DNA from: a virus | Lineage: Duplodnaviria; Heunggongvirae; Uroviricota; Caudoviricetes | IMG/VR virus record: IMGVR_UViG_2585427621_000012 | Length of the DNA stretch: 33,994 nucleotides | Reading direction: 5' to 3' (one strand) | Shown here: positions 27,463 through 33,994 of the stretch, one piece after another | Numbering within the stretch: the stretch's first letter is position 1 | How the letters are laid out: each line of letters starts with the position of its first letter | Position numbers and translations under genes: made by a program | Notes under the pieces: generated by a model | Database searches by the model: none | What the model was told of the DNA's origin: nothing | Seen by the model: only the letters and a program-made list of their open reading frames with translations

Positions 27463-27551
27463 ATGCTTTTCTGCCGTGTATAAAAATTAAACTATAACAA
27501 ACAATTCCTCAACAATAACATATTGTTACCCCGTTTGACCGTTTTTTTCAA

Positions 27552-29834
27552 CTACCACTCACGCTGTCTGTCAAAAAAGTCGATATCGTTATCAAATTTA
27601 AAACGCTTATGCCCAAAATCCAAAACAGCTCCGCGAGCGAGAGCTTCAAGCTCCCAATAACTAGCCTGAATGTCACTTTGTGCAAGAAGAACCTTAATTT
27701 TCGGGATAGTCTTTCTCTCCTGCCTTGTCAACCGGGCGGATGGGGCAGGAAAGTAGCTTCGACCATTGAAAGGGGTAAAGCTCTGCTGTGAACGATTACT
27801 GCATTTCAGTTCATTACTCAATAAGTCTCTAAGTACCTTCATAATGCCTGGCTCGGTCCAACTTAGAATCCCTTCATCTATTAAATTTAACACCGCTGCA
27901 GCATGCTCAGTCGGTGTGGGAGCCGGTAACGAAGTATCACCACCGGTGAGTTTTCCACAGTTATTGACAGGACTCCGAGGCGCGGCGATGCCGCTTTTTA
28001 AAGTCAAAGGCTCAACGACCGGAACTTTCGGCACAATGCGCCAGTCCGTCGTTCTGGTGATATGAATATGACGCGCGCCGAGATGCGGCGCGTAAATGCC
28101 GACCACTCTCTCGACTTCTTCCTCGTACTCGTTAACGTCATCCGACGGGCTACGGGCGACCCTGACAGTCTGACAATCGCGCGGGACATTTGCCCCACCC
28201 TGCGCGCTGATATACAACGCAAAATCACCACTGTCTGCGGCAGCGCGAGCAGCCTCGACGCGTTCGTCAAACTCATCAGCAATACTGACGCCGCGAGGCA
28301 ATTTGCGTAGTTCACGGTAAGCCCCCATTGTCGGCAGTCCAACCGTTTTAAATTGCGGAATGCGCCACGTTGACGCCCATGCGGTAACAGCCGCGGCAGT
28401 ATCTTTAAGCGGCTTACCGGTATCGTTATCGAGCTGACCATCCAGTGCATAGCCGTCGATGTTTTTTGAAATGTATTTCGCGATATATCCCGCAGCACCG
28501 CCCCGGTTAAGGTGTTTTGCCTGAAAACGGTTTCGCGCAGCTCCTCTTTCGTCTCCATCCTCTTTGAGCGCGTAGCGACGCATGATTTCGATAATCTGGT
28601 TACGCTGGCGTGGATTACAAAAAAGCATCATATGCCAGTGCGGCGTTCCGTCGTGGTGTGGCTCGACGACACGCAAACCGTAGACCTGTAAATCATTATC
28701 CTTGAATGCCGTGCGCATCAGGCTCCAGATGCGGCAGAGATAACGCTGCGCATCCTTTGGATTAAATGCCTCATCGTTCCAGCCGTGATTAAGCTGAACG
28801 GTTTTACTTTCGCCTTTTCTGACCTGACGTGTCGGGTGATACTTTGACGGCGCGGTCAGCGTGATAAACATCCCCACATCACCCTCTGCGGCGGCGTAAC
28901 GCTCAATACCGGCAATGGTGTTCATCAGCTCCATCCGGCGAATTTCAGGATTAGAAATACTGCCCATCACCTTACTGATAAGGTCGATGCGCTCGCCGGT
29001 TTCCCTGTTTTCAAGGTCACACGATTTAAGAAATTCCAGATTTGCCTGGCGGCGCGCACGCACATCACGAATGGCGTGTTTACTGGCATAAGGAGAACGG
29101 TCTTTATTGACCTCCCCGACAGCTATCAGTAACGCTTCATGCCAGCGCATACGCTGGCCTTTAAGCTGATGAGTCCACCACTCATCGTTAAACAGACGGG
29201 CAATGGCAGAATATGCCTGCCTCGTGGTCATCTGCCCTTTACGGTATATTTTCCAGTAGAGAGGGGAAATATTGAAAGCACGTGCAGCGCCAGCAACATG
29301 ACCATAGAGGTGAGCCTGCGCCTCATCCGTAAACAGCGATTCTTTTTCGCCATGCGCATCCACCCAGGCATCACTGAGTTCCCCATACATCATGAAAAGC
29401 TGCGATGAGATACGGGCAGCAAACTTTTTCAGCTCCTTGTCATTCATTCCCGGCAGGCGCGCATAGTGGTCACGCTCTGCCAGAAACAGTAACGACGCGT
29501 CGGTGTTCATTTCATGGCGCTGATTCACACGCTCAATGCGCGGCCATAAACGACGCTGAAAAGTGGATGTGAGGAAATAAAACCCGTGCACCGGGCTTTT
29601 ATTGCGCCGGATGTGGTCATAGCGTGAAGTAAACAGCGAGCGCAAAAAGTAAGGCAGGCGGTTAATCGTGGATAAAACACCTTGCACCTGACGCATCTCG
29701 TCACGTGTAAGGGGTCTTTCGCGCCCGACGGCCTCGCGTGGCGCGTTCCATGCATAAGCACCGGTAAACGCCTTACCGGTGCCTGCAGCAAATGCTGACG
29801 GAGGGACAAAACGCCCGGAGGCTTTAACGGCCAT
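27552..29834 (-). CDS. A: Replication initiation protein gpA (rolling-circle nickase)
   Basis: About 760 aa, recognised as P2 gpA (...GFYFLTSTFQRRLWPRIERVN...HDGTPHWHMMLF...); start chosen at MAVKASG (ATG 29834) for the smaller overlap with the upstream ORF; the track start at 29876 is an alternative. Confidence 0.8.
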   Translation of the reverse strand: MAVKASGRFVPPSAFAAGTGKAFTGAYAWNAPREAVGRERPLTRDEMRQVQGVLSTINRLPYFLRSLFTSRYDHIRRNKSPVHGFYFLTSTFQRRLWPRIERVNQRHEMNTDASLLFLAERDHYARLPGMNDKELKKFAARISSQLFMMYGELSDAWVDAHGEKESLFTDEAQAHLYGHVAGAARAFNISPLYWKIYRKGQMTTRQAYSAIARLFNDEWWTHQLKGQRMRWHEALLIAVGEVNKDRSPYASKHAIRDVRARRQANLEFLKSCDLENRETGERIDLISKVMGSISNPEIRRMELMNTIAGIERYAAAEGDVGMFITLTAPSKYHPTRQVRKGESKTVQLNHGWNDEAFNPKDAQRYLCRIWSLMRTAFKDNDLQVYGLRVVEPHHDGTPHWHMMLFCNPRQRNQIIEIMRRYALKEDGDERGAARNRFQAKHLNRGGAAGYIAKYISKNIDGYALDGQLDNDTGKPLKDTAAAVTAWASTWRIPQFKTVGLPTMGAYRELRKLPRGVSIADEFDERVEAARAAADSGDFALYISAQGGANVPRDCQTVRVARSPSDDVNEYEEEVERVVGIYAPHLGARHIHITRTTDWRIVPKVPVVEPLTLKSGIAAPRSPVNNCGKLTGGDTSLPAPTPTEHAAAVLNLIDEGILSWTEPGIMKVLRDLLSNELKCSNRSQQSFTPFNGRSYFPAPSARLTRQERKTIPKIKVLLAQSDIQASYWELEALARGAVLDFGHKRFKFDNDIDFFDRQREW

Positions 29835-30099
29835 ATGAGCCAAAAGCCTCTGAGCAACGCTTGCTGAGTTGCTCAACCTGCGCGTTTAAATCAGCAAAAG
29901 ACTTTGCGCTTCCGGTCAGAATATCGTGATGCATCAGGCCGGAAACGAGCTGGCTTAATTTCGGGTAATAACCAACCACCGCCAGCCATTCCTGACCGGC
30001 GTTTTTACCGCTTTCCGCTCTCTTTTTCTCGTGGAGAATAAACTGAAAGCTGTCACTGGTAACGACATAACGTTCGCCAATTTCAATACGAATACTCAT
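29824..30099 (-). CDS. Hypothetical early-operon protein (P2 orf83-like position)
   Basis: 91-aa ORF tightly packed between a zinc-finger ORF and A; function unknown. Confidence 0.55.
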   Translation of the reverse strand: MSIRIEIGERYVVTSDSFQFILHEKKRAESGKNAGQEWLAVVGYYPKLSQLVSGLMHHDILTGSAKSFADLNAQVEQLSKRCSEAFGSYGR

Positions 30100-30320
30100 G
30101 CCGTTCTCCGGTAACGTTTGTTTTTTGCTTCAAAGACTGACTGACAGGAAACACAACGCGTGGCTGACGGGTAAGCCGCACGACGGGCAGCAGGTATTGG
30201 CGCGTCACACTCTTCGCAAACCAGCGCAGAAGCACCGCAATGTTTTACCCTTGCCGCGTTAATCTGGCGCTCCAGTAATTCAGCCTGTTGTTCCTGAATA
30301 AAATCTACGTTGTCCGGCAT
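30096..30320 (-). CDS. TraR/DksA-family C4 zinc-finger protein
   Basis: 74 aa with a CxxC-N17-CxxC arrangement (CEECDAPIPAARRAAYPSATRCVSC) typical of the DksA/TraR zinc finger. Confidence 0.6.
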   Translation of the reverse strand: MPDNVDFIQEQQAELLERQINAARVKHCGASALVCEECDAPIPAARRAAYPSATRCVSCQSVFEAKNKRYRRTA

Positions 30321-30322
30321 TA

Positions 30323-30625
30323 TCAGCTCCTTTTATCGTTAAGTTTCCTGGATACATCAGCGCAATAACTGGCAAGTTCTGTCGTTAATTTTGTCAGTTC
30401 ATCCACTGAGGAAATTTGCTTGTGGAATACAGCGCGTTTAACAAGTAAATTGACCACATCAGACAGGAGGTTTAATTCATTCTGATAAATCGCGATAACA
30501 GATTCAGTTATGTCGCGTTTTTCTTTATCAAGGCAAAGTTGAATAAGAGACAAATCGCCATTTTTCATAACGGCGATTTTTAAGGCGTTATTCAGTAATA
30601 CAACTGAATGAGAACAGGACATCAA
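30323..30625 (-). CDS. Hypothetical early-operon protein
   Basis: 100-aa ORF in operon context between B and A. Confidence 0.5.
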   Translation of the reverse strand: MMSCSHSVVLLNNALKIAVMKNGDLSLIQLCLDKEKRDITESVIAIYQNELNLLSDVVNLLVKRAVFHKQISSVDELTKLTTELASYCADVSRKLNDKRS

Positions 30626-30846
30626 AGCACCTCCCCGCGAGACAATCCGATATTGTGAAATTTTTCCGACTCCTGACTGAGCAGCTCGACTATCTCCACG
30701 CGGGATAACTCCGCCTTTGTGATATGGCGAATCATGGCGTCAAGATGAGAAGAAAAGCGTGTCGCTGCGTCGGCCTGTGCTTCGGCTCTGGCCTGTTGCA
30801 GCAGTAATGCGTATTTACCGCACTTGTTTTCAGAAACTGTATGCAT
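30622..30846 (-). CDS. Hypothetical early-operon protein
   Basis: 74-aa ORF overlapping the next gene by 4 nt. Confidence 0.5.
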   Translation of the reverse strand: MHTVSENKCGKYALLLQQARAEAQADAATRFSSHLDAMIRHITKAELSRVEIVELLSQESEKFHNIGLSRGEVL

Positions 30847-30909
30847 GACTTTCTCCAGGCAAAAAGAAGCCCCGCACGATTAAGTGCGTTAAAAACTCTG
30901 GTTAATTAT

Positions 30910-31410
30910 TTAATGCAGATATTGCTCTGGTTTTACCGACGTCAGAATTGTCGGTGCATACTCAAACAGGCTGAATAATTCACGTAATGCACGGAATAAA
31001 GCATCACGCCAGTAACATGATTCTTCATTAATTCGCCAGTATGGCTGGTTGAATTCTTTTTCAGTCAATCCGGCATGCATAAATAAAGTACGACGCTGAC
31101 TGACTGTTAAAAAACTAATATATGCATACTCACTTGCGCCAACCTGACGGCGTTTTGAGAATGCCCCACGCAATTCATCAATTGCACAAACCAGCCGTTC
31201 ACGTTCGACGTCGTTCATTTCTTCAAAACGCATCGTTGCGTGACGCTGTTTTAACTGCGCATGGAAGCAAACCGTTAGCCGTTCGCGTTCCATCATCTGA
31301 TTATAATAATCACATGTATCCTGCCAGCGAGGGACGGCAAGATGCTTGCCAATTATCCGGCGCATAGCTGCTGGCTGTTTTTCAACGAGATTGAGCGTCA
31401 TCACTGTCAT
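30910..31410 (-). CDS. B: Replication protein gpB (helicase-loader-like)
   Basis: 166-aa ORF, P2 gpB size and position. Confidence 0.8.
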   Translation of the reverse strand: MTVMTLNLVEKQPAAMRRIIGKHLAVPRWQDTCDYYNQMMERERLTVCFHAQLKQRHATMRFEEMNDVERERLVCAIDELRGAFSKRRQVGASEYAYISFLTVSQRRTLFMHAGLTEKEFNQPYWRINEESCYWRDALFRALRELFSLFEYAPTILTSVKPEQYLH

Positions 31411-31577
31411 TTCCAGACCCTCCGGCTTTTCAGAAAGGTCAGAGCCTTTTTTAACGGACTCTGTTTTTTGGTGCGGATAATGATTCCCTTACGCCCCTTA
31501 CCGTGGGTGATGGTGAAGTCAATCGCCCTGGGGCTTTCGTTACGCAATAACTGAGCAATACAACGAGGCTCATTCAT
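31407..31577 (-). CDS. Small early protein (P2 orf78-like)
   Basis: 56-aa product from the internal Met (MNEPRCIAQLL...); the track ORF would overlap cox. Confidence 0.45.
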   Translation of the reverse strand: MNEPRCIAQLLRNESPRAIDFTITHGKGRKGIIIRTKKQSPLKKALTFLKSRRVWK

Positions 31578-31587
31578 ACGGTTCTCC

Positions 31588-31863
31588 TTAACGTGGTTCA
31601 CCGAGACCTAACCACATCAACCAGCCGTCACGAATCTCTTTAGGACGGCTTTCATAAGCCAGTTTTAGTCCGTTATTCCATGCCGGAAGGTATACCCAAT
31701 ATTCACCAGCACGCCCCGATACTGACTGAGGGTCAGTAATCTCAATAACTGGTAATTTCCCTTTCTCAATCATGCCCCTTACAGCTCTTGGAGTTTTACC
31801 AATGAGTTTTGCAAACTCCTGATAAGGCACGGCATCAGTCACGCTTACAAGCTGTCTATTCAT
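31588..31863 (-). CDS. cox: Cox (excisionase and repressor of the Pc promoter)
   Basis: 91-aa ORF, first gene of the early operon, divergent from C; P2 Cox size. Confidence 0.8.
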   Translation of the reverse strand: MNRQLVSVTDAVPYQEFAKLIGKTPRAVRGMIEKGKLPVIEITDPQSVSGRAGEYWVYLPAWNNGLKLAYESRPKEIRDGWLMWLGLGEPR

Positions 31864-31984
31864 CTGCTACGATTCTCCCTTAGTGCTTCTAATGGCTCCT
31901 AATGGCTAATTATTGCCTAAAAGGATAACTCCAGAAGCACAACATTTCACACTATCAGCAAGAAATTACGCAATCGGAGTAATT
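31864..31984. promoter_or_regulatory. Immunity switch region (Pe/Pc promoters and repressor operator), with tandem CTAATGGCT repeats at 31889-31897 and 31899-31907
   Basis: 121-bp gap between divergent cox and C; two 9-bp direct repeats spaced 10 bp apart, resembling the direct-repeat operators of P2-type C repressors. Confidence 0.45.
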
Positions 31985-32284
31985 ATGTCAATAGACGTTT
32001 CGGAGAAGTTGAAGCTAATCCGTGAATCTGAAAGGTTAAACCGTAAAGAATTCAGTGAATTAACTGGTGTAGCCTACAGCTCACTTTCGAGCTATGAGAG
32101 CCGGTCAAAAAACGCTGGAGTTGAAGCCATAATGAAGGTCTTACAACATCCTAGATTTACTAAATATACTTTGTGGTTCATGACTGATCAGGTAGCTCCA
32201 GAAGCCGGGCAAATTGCGCCCGCTCTCGCACACTTTGGGCAAAACGAAACAACGTCGCCCCACTCCGGTCAAAAGACTGGTTAA
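31985..32284 (+). CDS. C: Immunity repressor C
   Basis: 99-aa product from ATG 31985 (MSIDVSEKLKLIRESERL...); C-terminus ...FTKYTLWFMTDQVAPEAGQIAPALAHFGQNETTSPHSGQKTG is P2 C-like; track ORF is 5'-extended. Confidence 0.8.
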   Translation: MSIDVSEKLKLIRESERLNRKEFSELTGVAYSSLSSYESRSKNAGVEAIMKVLQHPRFTKYTLWFMTDQVAPEAGQIAPALAHFGQNETTSPHSGQKTG

Positions 32285-32398
32285 CAATTTATCGTGAATA
32301 TATTCATCACAAGTGCCTACTATTGGTGGCTAAATTTCAGCCACACGAAAAAAGCGATTAGTAGTAGCAAAAAAAAGTACCACTCGGAGGGTTTTCTG

Positions 32399-33412
32399 AT
32401 GGCAATCAAAAAACTCGATGATGGTCGATATGAAGTGGACATCCGCCCTACTGGACGTAACGGAAAACGCATCCGTAGGAAGTTTGATAAGAAAAGCGAA
32501 GCTGTCGCTTTCGAAAAATACACGTTGTACAACCACCACAATAAAGAATGGCTATCAAAACCAACAGACAAACGACGTCTGTCGGAACTGACACAGATCT
32601 GGTGGGATTTAAAGGGTAAACACGAAGAGCATGGGAAATCTAATCTTGGAAAAATTGAAATCTTCACAAAAATAACGAATGACCCATGCGCATTTCAAAT
32701 CACGAAATCCCTTATCAGCCAGTACTGCGCCACCCGAAGAAGTCAGGGTATTAAACCTTCGAGTATCAATCGTGATTTAACATGTATTAGCGGCATGTTT
32801 ACAGCCCTGATTGAAGCGGAGTTATTCTTTGGTGAGCATCCTATCAGAGGGACAAAGAGGCTTAAGGAGGAAAAACCAGAAACAGGCTATCTCACACAGG
32901 AAGAAATAGCCTTACTGCTTGCAGCACTTGACGGCGACAATAAAAAGATTGCGATTCTTTGCCTAAGTACAGGAGCACGTTGGGGAGAAGCAGCTCGTTT
33001 GAAAGCAGAAAATATCATCCATAACCGCGTCACGTTTGTTAAAACGAAAACAAACAAACCACGCACCGTCCCGATCTCAGAGGCTGTTGCCAAAATGATC
33101 GCGGATAACAAACGAGGTTTTTTATTCCCTGATGCTGATTACCCTCGCTTCAGACGAACAATGAAAGCAATAAAACCGGATTTGCCAATGGGGCAAGCCA
33201 CACATGCACTAAGGCACAGCTTTGCCACTCATTTCATGATTAATGGAGGAAGTATTATCACGCTACAACGGATACTAGGTCACACGCGGATTGAGCAAAC
33301 TATGGTTTACGCTCATTTTGCGCCAGAGTACCTTCAGGACGCCATTTCTCTTAATCCGCTAAGAGGTGGTACTGAGGCCGAGAGTGTCCACACAGTGTCC
33401 ACAGTAGAGTAA
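32399..33412 (+). CDS. int: Integrase (tyrosine recombinase)
   Basis: 337-aa product from MAIKKLDDGRYEVDIRP...; catalytic-region motifs (...HALRHSFATHF..., ...LGHTRIEQTMVYAHF...); next to the right att copy. Confidence 0.9.
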   Translation: MAIKKLDDGRYEVDIRPTGRNGKRIRRKFDKKSEAVAFEKYTLYNHHNKEWLSKPTDKRRLSELTQIWWDLKGKHEEHGKSNLGKIEIFTKITNDPCAFQITKSLISQYCATRRSQGIKPSSINRDLTCISGMFTALIEAELFFGEHPIRGTKRLKEEKPETGYLTQEEIALLLAALDGDNKKIAILCLSTGARWGEAARLKAENIIHNRVTFVKTKTNKPRTVPISEAVAKMIADNKRGFLFPDADYPRFRRTMKAIKPDLPMGQATHALRHSFATHFMINGGSIITLQRILGHTRIEQTMVYAHFAPEYLQDAISLNPLRGGTEAESVHTVSTVE

Positions 33413-33491
33413 CGTTTAAGGGCTTTCAGTGGTAATTTATGCCGCTCAAACCCGCATTGTACCGTTGAAAGCCCCTACTGGTGACACCCTA

Positions 33492-33519
33492 AATCTCCCT
33501 TACACGGGCTTATTTTTTA
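33492..33519. repeat. att core, right copy
   Basis: Identical to 1507-1534; lies 80 bp downstream of int. Confidence 0.8.
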
Positions 33520-33676
33520 TGCATAAGCCCTATCCCTGATAACCGTCTTCCATTGACCACATCGATAGAATCTCCCTTCATAGCACGATGCCTTTCACGT
33601 AACGGCATCGTGCTCGCACAGGTTCCGGCTAAGCACAACCAGAACGCGCATGTTTGACGCTTACCAAAAAATATTC

Positions 33677-33994
33677 TCACTCTCCACATTTGAATGTCAG
33701 ACGAGCGACGCCATGTAATCCTGCACCTTCTGTCTTCAGGTCAACTATCTGCATTTTTTTGCCCTGAGTAACACAGAAATGGGCTGCATCATTTTTTACT
33801 ATATTTTCTGCACCAGATATTCTGCCCCTGGCTAAAGAAGCTTCGGCTTCGGTGTAGTATTGGTTATCGAGTTTACGCTGAATATTACTTTTATATGCAA
33901 GACCAAATTTACCGATACTTGTCTCATCATTATGCACAGCACAACCAGACATAAGAAAAACACTAATTAATGATATAGCAGCTATCTTTTTCAT
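33677..33994 (-). CDS. yegR: Lipoprotein YegR
   Basis: 105-aa ORF MKKIAAISLISVFLMSGCAVHNDETSIGKF... with signal peptide and lipobox; recognised as E. coli YegR; host flank on the right. Confidence 0.8.
   Translation of the reverse strand: MKKIAAISLISVFLMSGCAVHNDETSIGKFGLAYKSNIQRKLDNQYYTEAEASLARGRISGAENIVKNDAAHFCVTQGKKMQIVDLKTEGAGLHGVARLTFKCGE

Larger units (their letters stand above)
1507..33519. mobile_element. P2-like temperate phage (prophage), about 32 kb, integrated at cyaR
   Basis: Flanked by 28-bp direct repeats; contains a full P2 gene set (ogr...int), the P2 cos sequence, and integrase next to the right att copy. Confidence 0.9.

Noticed and set aside
33410-33464. Long-range inverted repeat GGGCTTTCA/TGAAAGCCC between int and the right att
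   Set aside because: Loop of 37 nt is too long for a terminator; possibly part of attP arm architecture, but cannot be assigned from sequence alone.
33581-33609. Inverted repeat CACGATGCC...GGCATCGTG as a transcription terminator
   Set aside because: No adjacent U-run on either strand and the loop is long (11 nt); more likely relic phage-end or attachment-arm sequence.
1-33994. CRISPR arrays, tRNA or rRNA genes, insertion sequences
   Set aside because: No short regularly spaced direct repeats, no cloverleaf-like tRNA candidates and no transposase-like ORFs or terminal inverted repeats were seen; the only mobile element is the prophage itself.

Overview
This window is an apparently complete P2-like (Peduovirus-type) prophage of about 32 kb, inserted at the 3' end of the sRNA gene cyaR between host genes yegQ and yegR. 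It is bounded by a 28-bp direct repeat of the att core (1507-1534 and 33492-33519). The P2 backbone is present in inverted order relative to the P2 map: ogr, D, U, T, E/E+E', FII, FI, tail fibre H, I, J, W, V, S, R, lysis cassette (lysC in lysB, lysA, K, Y), X, L, M, N, O on the minus strand, then P and Q on the plus strand, cos, then A, four small ORFs, B, orf78-like, cox on the minus strand and C, int on the plus strand. Two accessory loci interrupt the backbone. First, between FI and H there is a Gin/Hin-family invertase gene (frameshifted as sequenced) next to a roughly 1.96-kb invertible tail-fibre segment flanked by 26-bp inverted crossover sites. Second, and most interesting, an AT-rich three-gene operon sits between cos and gene A, where P2 carries tin/old. 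It encodes a lipase-like alpha/beta-hydrolase with a C-terminal helical domain, a small protein, and a Rad50/SMC-like ABC ATPase with a CxxC zinc hook. I read this as a candidate Lamassu/ABC-3C-like anti-phage module with a lipase-type effector, uncharacterised in this context. All calls rest on reading the sequence and recalled protein families; no database search was run.
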